Below are positions 9,413 to 18,719 of a DNA stretch of 64,000 bases, one piece after another. The translations under genes and the position numbers were made by a program. Below the pieces are notes generated by a model. It searched no databases, had not been told where the DNA came from, and saw only the letters and a list, made by a program, of their open reading frames with translations. This DNA comes from an uncultured virus (IMG/VR IMGVR_UViG_3300029953_000003) (taxonomy: Duplodnaviria; Heunggongvirae; Uroviricota; Caudoviricetes): the IMG/VR virus record IMGVR_UViG_3300029953_000003; one strand, given 5' to 3'. The number at the start of each line of letters is the position of its first letter. Within the stretch, counting starts at the first letter, position 1.

Positions 9413-10018
9413 TCAGATCGAGCAGACGGGGGTGTCGCAGGCGCCGGCGGCTGTCACGACGCATCCGTCGTCCCAGGTTCCGGTTCCGTTGCAGCACTCC
9501 GGGCGCGCGTCGCACACCTTCGTCACACATGCGTCGCAGCCGGCTTGAAGCGCGCTTCCGACAGAGCACGGGCTGTGCGCACATACGTCTCCGCCAGAGC
9601 TGCTGCTGGAGCTGCTGGAGCTGCTGGAGCTGGAGCCGCTGGTGCTGGAGCTGCTGGAGCTGCTGGAACCGCTGGTGCTGGAGCTGCTCGAGCTGCTGGT
9701 CGCGGATCCGCTTGAGCTGCTGGTCGTGGAGCTGGTCGCGGATCCGCTCGAGCCGCTGGAGCTGGTCGTTGTGCCGCTCGCAGTGGAGCCGCCGGCCCCA
9801 TTGGCTCCGCCGGCCCCGATGGTGGCGTCGGAGCCGTCGAGCGAGACGTCGAAGAGCGTTCCGCGACCACTTGCCCCGGTCTCGGTTTGGGTTCCGGTTC
9901 TGGTGGTGGTGCCGCTCTTGGTGCCGTCGCTCCCGAAGAGCGCCTCGGCTTCGTTCACGCCGCCGCAGGCTGCCGTTGCGCAGGCGATCGCCAGGAGCAG
10001 GAGCTGGATGTTCTTCAT
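9413..10018 (-). CDS. Myxobacterial-type lipoprotein with Ser-rich linker and Cys-rich C-terminal domain
   Basis: AAGGAG RBS; MKNIQLLLLAIACATAAC lipobox; poly-Ser/Thr linker; CAHSPC...CDACVTKVC...CC...WDDGCV. Confidence 0.75.
   Translation of the reverse strand: MKNIQLLLLAIACATAACGGVNEAEALFGSDGTKSGTTTRTGTQTETGASGRGTLFDVSLDGSDATIGAGGANGAGGSTASGTTTSSSGSSGSATSSTTSSSSGSATSSSSSSSTSGSSSSSSSSTSGSSSSSSSSSSSSSGGDVCAHSPCSVGSALQAGCDACVTKVCDARPECCNGTGTWDDGCVVTAAGACDTPVCSI
9598..9770. repeat. Low-complexity (GCT/GGA)n tract encoding the poly-Ser linker
   Basis: Iterations of gctgctggagct. Confidence 0.8.
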
Positions 10019-10120
10019 GGCTTTCTCCTTGGTAAGGCGGCGACACTGCCGCGTCAATCCTTCGACGCGGCAGTGTCGTCGATGTTCACGAGAAAGTCTT
10101 TCTTCGTTTTGCTTTTTTTG

Positions 10121-11665
10121 TCAGTCGTCCTGGACGGCGGTCTTGGTGTCGCCGCCGTGGGCGGTGCACCGCGGCCGGATCTGGATTCGCTGCGGCCTGA
10201 TGTTGAACCGCCGATCGTTAGTCTTCTGCGCCCAGACGAAAGCTTCTCCAGGGCCAAGCTCAGCGAGGTCCTTCTCCGATACCTCCTCGAGCGCGTAGAT
10301 GGCGCCGCGGAGGTGCTTGAGCCATGCTGGAGAGGTCATCCGGTGCAAGATCACGACGGTCGACAGCTCAATGATGGTCTTGTGGATGCTAGGCGGATCC
10401 TGGCTCGCGAGAACGATCGTCATCCCGAGGTGCCGCATTTTTCGGACGGTCCCGATCAACTGCGCGACGAGCTCCTCCTCGTCGATGTACTGGTGGGCCT
10501 CGTCGAGCACGAACAGTCTGTTGAAGTCGGTCCGGCCGTACTTGTCGCGCTCCGCTGCCCCGAAGACGTCCATCATGACCACGATCAGCTCGAGAGCCTT
10601 TGCCTTCTCCATGTACATGTCGCGAAGATCGACGATGATGGTGCGCCCAGCTTTGAGCAGGGTGCCGATGCCCCTGGGCGCCTCGCCAGCGAGCTCGGTC
10701 TCTTTTTCGGCGGCTTGTCGTTCGGTCTCTGCGACGATCGGCGGTTCGCCTTCGTCGAGCTCGTCGGCGGGGGCGGCGGGTCTTTCGATGGGCTTGGGCC
10801 GACGTGGGGATCGGCCTCGGCCTTCAAGGATGAACGGTTCGGCGAGGTTGATCCTGTCGAGGGCGAGCTGCTCGATTGATCTGGAGAGGCCGGCGTCGGT
10901 GATTTCGGCGCGAAGGCTGTCGAGAGAGATGTCGTTGCGGATCCGGCTGAGGATTGCGCCGAGCTGACGCAGGTAGAGCGCGTCGTTGCCGTAGGCTCCC
11001 ATCAAGATCTTCCAGCCCATACCCTTGAGCTCGGACGGGTCGAATTTGATGGGCTCGACCTGGATGCCGAGATCTTGGTACTGCTCCCTTCGGTGCTCCA
11101 CCTTGGTTTCGGGAACCAGGAGGACGACGTCTGCGAGTGCGGCCGGCGTGGCGCCGTACTCGTCGGCGAGCTGCGTGACGTCGGACTTGCGCGTGTTCTT
11201 GCGGAGCGCGGACAAGAACTCGGGCTCGTACGACTCGGATTGGTCGTAGTGAAACATGATCGTGCAGAGAGGCTTGGGGAGGTGATTGATCCCCGGTAGC
11301 TGTAGCGTGGCCATCTCGGCGATCACTCCGAGCGTGTAGCTCTTGCCGCCTCCCTGTACGCCTAGAAGGGCTACCGTGTTGCAGCCGTCGAGGTCGAGTC
11401 CGACGCGGGTCTTGTCGCTTGTTCCGAGGAGGCCCCACTGGGCAGTCTTCTGGGTCGATCCGACGAAGACGCCGGGGGCTCCTGTCGTCTTTGCGCCTTT
11501 TCTGCACCCTGGCCCCCCAGGGTAGTGGAACCCGTTCCCCCCCATCGCCTTGCCGCCGCAGTCGCACGGCTTTGCGATCTCTTCGGCCTGTCGGCCTGCT
11601 TTGGCCGGAGGCTGTCCGGCCGAAGGGCCTAGCTTGACGCGGAACGGATCGTTTCTATCGGCCAT
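10121..11665 (-). CDS. HerA/FtsK-like P-loop ATPase (resembles the ATPase region of MADS Mad8)
   Basis: Walker A LLGVQGGGKSYT; Walker B LFVLDEAHQY; RKMRHLGMTIVLASQDPPSI; LGPGEAFV; AGGAG RBS. Confidence 0.85.
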   Translation of the reverse strand: MADRNDPFRVKLGPSAGQPPAKAGRQAEEIAKPCDCGGKAMGGNGFHYPGGPGCRKGAKTTGAPGVFVGSTQKTAQWGLLGTSDKTRVGLDLDGCNTVALLGVQGGGKSYTLGVIAEMATLQLPGINHLPKPLCTIMFHYDQSESYEPEFLSALRKNTRKSDVTQLADEYGATPAALADVVLLVPETKVEHRREQYQDLGIQVEPIKFDPSELKGMGWKILMGAYGNDALYLRQLGAILSRIRNDISLDSLRAEITDAGLSRSIEQLALDRINLAEPFILEGRGRSPRRPKPIERPAAPADELDEGEPPIVAETERQAAEKETELAGEAPRGIGTLLKAGRTIIVDLRDMYMEKAKALELIVVMMDVFGAAERDKYGRTDFNRLFVLDEAHQYIDEEELVAQLIGTVRKMRHLGMTIVLASQDPPSIHKTIIELSTVVILHRMTSPAWLKHLRGAIYALEEVSEKDLAELGPGEAFVWAQKTNDRRFNIRPQRIQIRPRCTAHGGDTKTAVQDD

Positions 11666-11677
11666 GTCTCCTGAATA

Positions 11678-12364
11678 TCACGAGTTGATTGCGGACGCTC
11701 TTCGGAGAGACTCGTGCGTCAGGATAGATCGGCAGAGATTTTGCGCGTTTTTTTGCGGCGTATTGATCGGTGCCGATTTTGATTCATCGGCGTTGTACGC
11801 GGACGCTGGCTTGGCCTTCTGCGCCTTTGCCTCTTGCTCTTTTGACTTTGCGAGAGCTAGCTTTGCGCGCAGGTTTGCGATGCGCACTTGCTGGTCAAGC
11901 TCTTCTTTTCCGACGATTTCTTGGTCCTGGTCGGCTCCGTCGGAAGCCTCTGTGACCTGAACCTGAATCTGCGTCGCTGCCTCAGTGGCCGCGGCAACAA
12001 TCTCTGCCTCGTGGACTTCGGGCGCTTCGGAGTCTCGCTTTCGAGGGGACGCTCTGGTTACAGGCGTCGCCTGTGGTCGGATTGCGTCGACGATGGCACG
12101 AGCTGTCGTGAACGACGGGTCGCCTACCGCAACGTCGAATACGGATGCGATAATCAGCCACGCTCCGCGTCTCGCGTCAGTAGACATGCCTTTTGGTCTG
12201 GCGGGTCCCCTGCATGCGTCAAAGCGATCGCGGCGTGCATGCAGATCGCCTCTTGTGCTCGTGGAGCTGGCGTCGGCGCGCTTGCCCTTGATGCGCGCGC
12301 GGAGATCGAGCAGGCGTGGGTCTTCGTCAGACTCCTGCGCGTGTTCGTCCTCCTCTTGTGCCAT
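11678..12364 (-). CDS. Hypothetical protein with coiled-coil segments
   Basis: 228-aa ORF abutting the upstream gene. Confidence 0.55.
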   Translation of the reverse strand: MAQEEDEHAQESDEDPRLLDLRARIKGKRADASSTSTRGDLHARRDRFDACRGPARPKGMSTDARRGAWLIIASVFDVAVGDPSFTTARAIVDAIRPQATPVTRASPRKRDSEAPEVHEAEIVAAATEAATQIQVQVTEASDGADQDQEIVGKEELDQQVRIANLRAKLALAKSKEQEAKAQKAKPASAYNADESKSAPINTPQKNAQNLCRSILTHESLRRASAINS

Positions 12365-12365
12365 G

Positions 12366-12737
12366 TCAGGTCTGTCCGGAGACCTGAACCTGCACGCCGC
12401 TGGCGGATCCGAGGAGGCGGAGGACGTAGAGGTACGCGCCAGGGGCTGGATTGATCGGGCCGAAAGGAATCGAGAACGGCCCAGGGCCGATCAGGACAGG
12501 AAGTCCGGCCGGACTCGCGGGCACGTTGGGGGCGGGCGTGAGCCCGGCCAGGTTTCCTTCGGTCGGGGTCAGGCTGTTGGACAGCCCGAAGTAGGGGCAC
12601 CACTGCTCGTTCGCTGCGGCCTCGAGGAAGCCGATCATGATCTGGCTCGTGGTTCCGAGATTCAGCGAGGTCAGGTCGATCGGCCCTACGAACGCGCCTT
12701 GAGCGGGAGCAGCAACGGGAGTTAGGTTGGAAGACAC
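12366..12737 (-). CDS. Stand-alone copy of the shared beta-rich domain
   Basis: PVAAPAQGAFVGPIDLTSLNL...GAYLYVLRLLGSASGVQVQVSG aligns by eye with the N-termini of the genes at 6662 and 7987. Confidence 0.7.
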   Translation of the reverse strand: MSSNLTPVAAPAQGAFVGPIDLTSLNLGTTSQIMIGFLEAAANEQWCPYFGLSNSLTPTEGNLAGLTPAPNVPASPAGLPVLIGPGPFSIPFGPINPAPGAYLYVLRLLGSASGVQVQVSGQT

Positions 12738-12799
12738 CCCCTTGGTTTACAGGAAATTTTGCCTCATTTCTACGAAGATCGACACTTGCGCTGGACGGC

Positions 12800-13363
12800 C
12801 TACTGCCCGCTGATGACGATTTCTCCGCTGGGGCCTTCTCCTTGGATCTGGATCAGGGCGTAGTAGGGGAACGCTTCCCAGAGCTTGGCATCGGGCGTGA
12901 CCGTGATTCCAAGAACAGGATCGAGGTAAACGGTTCCGACGTTGTTCCCCAGGTTGGTCGACGGTTCCTTCCCGGTTGTGCTTCCCCAGACCTGGACCGC
13001 GTCACCTGACATGAGGCCGATTTCGTTCACCGACGCGATCGTCGCGACGGCTGAACTGGGCGTCCAGCCTTTCGCGCTGATTCGGATCGTTACGCTCGCA
13101 AGCGTCCCTGCGTCCTTGCCACCGCCTGAGCTTGAGCTCGAGCTTGTAGAGCCGACAGAACTGCCGGAGCTTGCTCCCGTCGAATTTGCCGAGCTGGATG
13201 CAGTCGTGCTGACGGAGCTCGAGCTGGGTGTACTGGAGCTTGAGCCTTGGCTCCCTCCGCCCTCGCCTCCGCTCGAGCCTGCGAAGCTTGGGCCGATGGG
13301 GCTTCCGCTGCATGCCATGAAAAAGAAGAACGCTGCCAAGATCAGGATCTGGACGTTTTTCAT
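12800..13363 (-). CDS. Lipoprotein with Ser-rich linker and shared beta-rich domain
   Basis: MKNVQILILAAFFFFMAC lipobox. The C-terminal ~100 aa closely resemble 13449..13757 (VGTVYLDP, YYALIQIQG). Confidence 0.75.
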   Translation of the reverse strand: MKNVQILILAAFFFFMACSGSPIGPSFAGSSGGEGGGSQGSSSSTPSSSSVSTTASSSANSTGASSGSSVGSTSSSSSSGGGKDAGTLASVTIRISAKGWTPSSAVATIASVNEIGLMSGDAVQVWGSTTGKEPSTNLGNNVGTVYLDPVLGITVTPDAKLWEAFPYYALIQIQGEGPSGEIVISGQ

Positions 13364-13448
13364 GAGAGCAACTTTACCCTGATCGCGGGCTCGTGCCACG
13401 CGCTACGTGCCGCGTGCCGCGTGCCGCGTTTCTTCGGTGTGGTGCGGT

Positions 13449-13757
13449 TCAGTGGCCGCCGATTACGACCTGGCCGTTCGGCGTGTCTCCCTGGATCTGG
13501 ATCAGGGCGTAGTACGCGAAGGCGCTCCAGTATTTCGGGTTTGGAGTTACCGTGACGCCGAGAGTCGGGTCGAGGTAGACGGTGCCGACCTCGACCCCGA
13601 GGTCGGTGTTTGCCTCTTCTCCTGTCGCGCTTCCCCAGACCTGGATCACGTCCCCCGGGTTGAGGTTATTCGCGCCGACGGAAGAGATCACGGCAATGGT
13701 ATTGCTTGCCGTCCAGCCGGATGAGTCGACCTGAATCGTTTCGTTGGTGAGCGACAT
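13449..13757 (-). CDS. Stand-alone beta-rich domain protein (paralog of 12800..13363)
   Basis: MSLTNETIQVDSSGWT...GDVIQVWGSATG...YYALIQIQG. Confidence 0.75.
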   Translation of the reverse strand: MSLTNETIQVDSSGWTASNTIAVISSVGANNLNPGDVIQVWGSATGEEANTDLGVEVGTVYLDPTLGVTVTPNPKYWSAFAYYALIQIQGDTPNGQVVIGGH

Positions 13758-13819
13758 GGGATCGCTTGTACCAGAAGGCGCGCTTCGCGTGCATGGGTTC
13801 GGGTACACGTTCCACGTGG

Positions 13820-14023
13820 CTACGCGATTCGCTTCTTTGGGGCTCCTCGGTGATCGAAGTCGGCATGCTGAAGCGGGTCGACGTAGGTTCCGTACCGTGC
13901 GCGGCGCAGTGTTTGAATTTCTCGCTTCAGTCGCAGCTCTTCCTCGTCTACCGCGGCATCGGCTGCGAGGGATGCGGCGATTGATGCCATGCGCCTTGCG
14001 CTTAGCTCGTGGATGTAGCTCAT
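13820..14023 (-). CDS. Small hypothetical protein
   Basis: ATGA overlap with the transglycosylase stop codon. Confidence 0.5.
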   Translation of the reverse strand: MSYIHELSARRMASIAASLAADAAVDEEELRLKREIQTLRRARYGTYVDPLQHADFDHRGAPKKRIA

Positions 14024-14559
14024 CGGACGTGCCTGGTCTTGTCCGTCGCTTTTTTTCGGATCCCCGCGAGCTCAAGGAGCTCGAGCACGATCGGGTGCGG
14101 AGGATCGTCGCGCCATCCCCCTCGCGCTCGTCGCTGTCCGCATCTTGAACCGCGTCGATCGGTTCCCGCGTATCCGCTCAGGTAGTGATGCGCCTCTGCG
14201 TGTCCCGTGGTGCGCTTGCACCAGTCGCGCCACGATGCGATCTCTTGCGTCCCGACGTGGATGTTGCGCTCACCGTCAAAGAGTGCACGGCGGGCCTGTT
14301 CGCATGCCTGTGAGGCCCGATCGTCTCGGCATGCTCGAATCGTATTCGGGCACAACTGCATCAGCCCCACGCATCCGCGCGTATTCTCGACGGATGGAAT
14401 GCCATGCGACTCGTGTTTGATGATCGCGTGAACGATTCGTGGATCCACGCGCGCGTCGGCAGCTTCGCGCTCGACGATCACGCTCCATGGCGACGCGTGC
14501 AGTGAACATAGCATCGCTGCGACGATCATGATATTGCAGATCATGCCGTGGCATAGCAC
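14020..14559 (-). CDS. Lytic transglycosylase (SLT domain) with hydrophobic N-terminus
   Basis: VDPRIVHAIIKHES (catalytic Glu), GLMQL and NIHVG motifs. Confidence 0.85.
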   Translation of the reverse strand: MLCHGMICNIMIVAAMLCSLHASPWSVIVEREAADARVDPRIVHAIIKHESHGIPSVENTRGCVGLMQLCPNTIRACRDDRASQACEQARRALFDGERNIHVGTQEIASWRDWCKRTTGHAEAHHYLSGYAGTDRRGSRCGQRRARGGWRDDPPHPIVLELLELAGIRKKATDKTRHVR

Positions 14560-14604
14560 GATGCTAGATTTATAGCGAGACTGGTTCGCTGAGTATGGTA
14601 GCTC

Positions 14605-15936
14605 TCATTGCAGCACTACGAATCCTGCGAGTGGAAGTGCACTCAATGCGTAGCTTGTGCCCGCAAGCTTGAGCGGCGTCGCTGACTGGGTACCCGTTGC
14701 GGCAGGCGCGCGTCCGCTGTCGTAAGTAGCGACGATTCCCGACTGGACGAAAATCGCGGGCCCAGATGACGACGGCGAACCCCACACCCAGAAGTTTGGC
14801 GGAGACGCGCCAGAGCCGAGCGCCGCATCAATGACGAATGTGGACGGGTAGTTGAGCACCACGCCGCCTGTGCTTGCGTAGTCTGTCGCGCAGCTACCCG
14901 CTCCAACGATCACGTTGCCCCCTGGGTAACCTGGCTGTCCGATCCCCCCGCTTGTATCGCCGCTCACCATGCAGCGATCGTCGAGTTGCAGCGTGCCTTG
15001 CTGGGTCGGACGGACGTGTCCAGCCAACAGTGACGATGTACAGTACGTGTATCCGTAGATTGTCTCGCGTGTAACGACCGAACCAACAGGCTCCAGGTTC
15101 GATCCATTCTGCTGGTCAACTCCTCGCATCGTTGACGCGTACATCCCAAGAATCGCGTCTCCAGACGAGTCGCCAGTAAGGATGACGCTGTGGGCCGCGT
15201 TACTGTAAGGCCCCACGTCGCAATCTTGGATGATGAGATCGCCGGCTCCGTGCATCCGAATCATGCCCTCGGCGCCAGCGTGGGTTGGCCGGTAGAGGCG
15301 CACGCCGTTTCCCGCCGCAGGCTCAGTGCCTGAATAATTGAGCGTTCCTCCTGGAGACGCAAAAACCCCTGCGTCGCGCGGCTCTCCGATGATGAGATTT
15401 CCGCCCACATTCGCGCCGGTGGTGTATTCAAGCATGAAGCCGGCATCGGGCGTGCTCGCCGATGCGATGAACGTGGCCAACGCTCCTCCATTGGGCGCAC
15501 TAGATACCATGTAGACACCCTCTTGGTGGGCCCCTCCGTCCCAGGTCACCGCAGAGGATACGAAGCCGTTGTACCCGCCTCCGTCAGGCCCGATGCCGGC
15601 GCCAGTGTAGCTCCGCGAGCACTGGATCTGCACATAGGCAAAGCTGTCGAGGTAGACGTCGAGATCGAGGTTTTCGGTGCTGTAGTCGCCCGTGTAGCTG
15701 AATACCGGGTAGATGCCGAGTGAGCCGTCGAAGACCTGCTTTGCGACCCTGCGCCAAGGTTCGTTGAAGCTCTTGCAGGCGCCATGTCCGCCGGGCGACG
15801 ATGCGGCACCAGGCGCGAGACAGTCGTTCGCATCGTTGCCGAGATTCGAGTCGGAGTAGTAGCTGCGCGTCGTCGCGCCAGGAACTCCTCCTGGGTTGCG
15901 CGACCAGCAGCCCAGGCCGCCGTCGACACCGGCTGC
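14605..15936 (-). pseudogene. Start-less (silent) C-terminal cassette of the Cys-rich-head fibre/adhesin family
   Basis: Frame is open from a TGA near 15970 down to 14605 and begins AAGVDGGLGCWSRNPGGVPGATTRSYYSDSNLGNDANDC. It has no signal or head region and no start codon until GTG 15633. Confidence 0.7.
15904..15936. repeat. 33-bp direct repeat, copy 1
   Basis: ccagcagcccaggccgccgtcgacaccggctgc, identical to 17410..17442. Confidence 0.95.
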
Positions 15937-16123
15937 CCTCGCCCTCGAGCTCCTCCTGGGCGCCGTTGGTCAGGTCGCCGGTGTCCCCGTCGACGCGCGC
16001 CCGCGCCGCGCCCCACTGGCTCGCGCGGATGAAGGTCCCGAAGCTGGACTTGATGCCCATCTCGCTCTCGCACTGGCTGAAGAGCCAGGCGAGGTCCTCG
16101 CGGGCGGCGTTCGTGGTGCCCAT
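15937..16123 (-). pseudogene. 5' fragment of an unrelated gene, truncated at the 33-bp repeat
   Basis: MGTTNAAREDLAWLFSQCESEMGIKSSFG...ELEGE, then reads out of frame into the cassette. Confidence 0.55.
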
Positions 16124-16125
16124 GG

Positions 16126-17709
16126 TCAGAGCCCCGCCCACGCACCGTTGTAGAACATTCCGCCGGCGTCGGTGATCGACGACCATGGGAACGTCGTCGG
16201 GTTGCTGGTGCCCATCGTCGTCGCCCCCGCGTCGCCGCACGTATACGGGTTCGACGTGAAAAATGCGCCCGAGTTGATGCTGATGCAAACGCCCGATGTC
16301 GGCGTGCCCCAAAGTACGCCCCCAGCCCCCACGTCGATCTTGAGGCTCGTCCCTTGCCCGAGTACGAACGGACCGCCGCCGAGGATCCCAAGTGATCCGT
16401 AAACGTTGATCGCTCCCGAAGCGATTTGGCTGCTCCCGTTCGCGTAAGGGCAGTTCGCGCCGCAGAACTCTTGGATGACCGTTCCTTGGTAGAAGTATCC
16501 CGACGCCAGCGAGACGTTTCCCATGAACGCGCACCCGAAGAAAAAGGGAACGCCGGGGATGTACTGCTGCGAAAAGAAGTTGTCGAAAAGGCTCGCGTAG
16601 GCGGCGAATGCGCCCGCATTCCACCCAGGGTAGCCCGCGACGATCGCGATCGTGTCGGGCTGTCCGTACAGCGGCCACGCCATCTCAGAGATGACCTGCT
16701 GCGAGTACGTCGGATACTGCATCGTGACCGAGCTTGCACACGAGTGCAGCGTCAGGCGCGCGCCGTCGTTGTTGCTCTCGTCGGCCGCGATCGTCGCGGG
16801 TGGGACGGGCGTATTAACGAGCGCAAGCTGCTCGATCACGTAGCGGTCACCGACCGCAAGTACCTCCGACGTCAGTCCCGAGTATCCCGGCGAGGGCCGC
16901 GTCGTTGGCGTCGCGATGTAGGGGTCCAGTTCCGGGTCCGAGATCGTGATCGTGGTGGCGGTGTCCTTGACGATCCACGCGACCGTACCGGCTCGGGCGC
17001 CGGTAGTGATGCGGATGCGGTACCCGGCGCAGTCGCCTCCGTGGCAGGACGTGGTGAACGCCGCCGCGCTGTCCGTCATGATGTTGGGCAGGTTGCCCGA
17101 GTGCGCAGCGACGGCCGTGAGGCCCGAGGCGCTGCTCGTGTAGAGCACGGTCGCGCCGGGCTGACAGTCGAGGGTGAGGTATCCCCGCGGGCCGATATTT
17201 GGAAATGCAGGCCAGTCGCCGTTGATGGCAGCGCTGCCAGCCATCGTCACGGTCATCTGGACGTTGACGGTGCAGCCGCTGACTCGCCGCGACCACTCCT
17301 GGAGGGTGGCGAGCGGCGCCGCGCTGGTACCCGCTGCGCTGTCGCTGCCCGTGCTCGGGTTGATGGTCCACAGCGCCTGGACGCACGCCGGCACGGCCTG
17401 CGGGACCGTCCAGCAGCCCAGGCCGCCGTCGACACCGGCTGCTGTGACGCATGTCGCTGTTCCATCACAGAATGCAGGACACGTCGGCTGATACTGCCAC
17501 TGACCCATGTTCGGGACTTCTGCGATGGCTCCTGTCGCGAGGTAAGATACATTCGCGAGAGAAAGAGCGAGCGGCGTCGCGTACGTGGGCACGCTGACGG
17601 CCGTCACGGCAGATTGGGCACCCACCCATGTAGCAGATCCAGCAAACGCGAGCACGGCTGCCGCAATTGCGAAGGCCATGATCTTCTTGACGTCTTTGAT
17701 CGTCGACAT
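16126..17709 (-). CDS. Secreted or virion fibre/adhesin-like protein (signal, Cys-rich head, variable beta-rich C-terminus)
   Basis: Signal-like N-terminus; AVSVPTYATPLALS...C..C..AAGVDGGLGCW; WTINPSTGSDSAAGTSAAPLATL resembles the cap motif preceding right-handed beta-helices. Confidence 0.75.
   Translation of the reverse strand: MSTIKDVKKIMAFAIAAAVLAFAGSATWVGAQSAVTAVSVPTYATPLALSLANVSYLATGAIAEVPNMGQWQYQPTCPAFCDGTATCVTAAGVDGGLGCWTVPQAVPACVQALWTINPSTGSDSAAGTSAAPLATLQEWSRRVSGCTVNVQMTVTMAGSAAINGDWPAFPNIGPRGYLTLDCQPGATVLYTSSASGLTAVAAHSGNLPNIMTDSAAAFTTSCHGGDCAGYRIRITTGARAGTVAWIVKDTATTITISDPELDPYIATPTTRPSPGYSGLTSEVLAVGDRYVIEQLALVNTPVPPATIAADESNNDGARLTLHSCASSVTMQYPTYSQQVISEMAWPLYGQPDTIAIVAGYPGWNAGAFAAYASLFDNFFSQQYIPGVPFFFGCAFMGNVSLASGYFYQGTVIQEFCGANCPYANGSSQIASGAINVYGSLGILGGGPFVLGQGTSLKIDVGAGGVLWGTPTSGVCISINSGAFFTSNPYTCGDAGATTMGTSNPTTFPWSSITDAGGMFYNGAWAGL
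17410..17442. repeat. 33-bp direct repeat, copy 2
   Basis: Identical to 15904..15936; lies at the head/variable-domain boundary. Confidence 0.95.
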
Positions 17710-18011
17710 GTCAAGATCGTACCATACCGCACGCCCTGTCTGCGATGCGTTTTCTTGGTCAAGCTCATGCCATTGTTGGTGAGCGCGCTGTGCGGCGTGC
17801 GGCTCGTTGAGCTGGTCGAGGCGTACGGTTCCGCAGCTACCGCACTCGGTTCACTCAGGCCGTGGACCCCACGACGGCGGCCATTGCCGCGACAATCGCA
17901 AAGACTGCGATTTGCTTGACATTCTTGATCGGTACCATGGCCCGATTGTACTACATCTAGCCGCGAGCGTGGGCGATGGGTGGCGGATCTTTTGGTCAAT
18001 GACGCGATGCG

Positions 18012-18719
18012 TTAACTTAGTTCGATGACGCTCTCGCCGAACAAGTTTTCGAGGTGCGTGAGGAGTTCGTCGGCAGGCTCGACACGACAGACGGCTGGAA
18101 GCGTGAGGGTCGCGGTGCGGGCATCGTGGAGCCGGATGGTGAGCTGAACGGGGCACGGGCCGGGGTGCTTGGCGAGTGCTTCACGGAGGCCATGAAGCTG
18201 GTCCTGGCGATGGCGCCGCTCGTCGAGGCGCACGGTCACGACGCGAGTTTCGACGCACACGGCCTCGGCGAGAAGGACTGCCTGATCAAGGATCAGAGTT
18301 GGGTCGCTGGGCTCGGCGCTCTCGTCGTTCTCGTCTTGCTGCGGGAGCTGAGTCTTGCCGGCGACAAGAACGGGCTCGCCGCTGGTCAGGATGCTCGAGT
18401 AGCTCTCGATCTGAGCTTGGCGCACCTTGACGTCGACGCGACCGCTTGCGTCCTCCAGTACGAAGAAGGCAACTTTCCCGTTGCCTGTTCGGAACGTCTT
18501 TTCGCGATAGTTCTCGGCCATGCCACCGACCCGGACGCGCGCCCAGGTGGACATTCCACGGAGTGCGATGACCGGGACGACGCCGAATCTCGCAAGTGTT
18601 GGCCCGTAGCGGTCGAGCGGGTGCCCCGAGACGTAGAACCCGAGCGACTTCTTTTCGCGCCGCAGCGTTTCGCGGAGGTCCCACGTCATGATGTTGGGGT
18701 AGTCGTCGATCGAGCTCAT
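18012..18719 (-). CDS. dnaE: DNA polymerase III alpha, C-terminal fragment only (OB fold and C-terminal domain)
   Basis: WDLRETLRREKKSLGFYVSGHPLDRY, VAFFVLEDASG and HPGPCPVQL. No PHP or catalytic domain. The ATG overlaps the stop of the upstream ORF. Confidence 0.85.
   Translation of the reverse strand: MSSIDDYPNIMTWDLRETLRREKKSLGFYVSGHPLDRYGPTLARFGVVPVIALRGMSTWARVRVGGMAENYREKTFRTGNGKVAFFVLEDASGRVDVKVRQAQIESYSSILTSGEPVLVAGKTQLPQQDENDESAEPSDPTLILDQAVLLAEAVCVETRVVTVRLDERRHRQDQLHGLREALAKHPGPCPVQLTIRLHDARTATLTLPAVCRVEPADELLTHLENLFGESVIELS

Noticed and set aside
9529..10035. Cys/Trp-rich ORF (SCCWSCWS...)
   Set aside because: Antisense reading of the poly-Ser linker.
14605..17709. Diversity-generating retroelement or shufflon
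   Set aside because: No reverse transcriptase, no ~100-bp TR/VR pair with adenine-specific mismatches, no invertase, and the repeats are direct rather than inverted.
18012..18719. Cyanobacterial-type split-intein dnaE-c
   Set aside because: No IntC segment ending in (H/S)N-C precedes the DnaE sequence.
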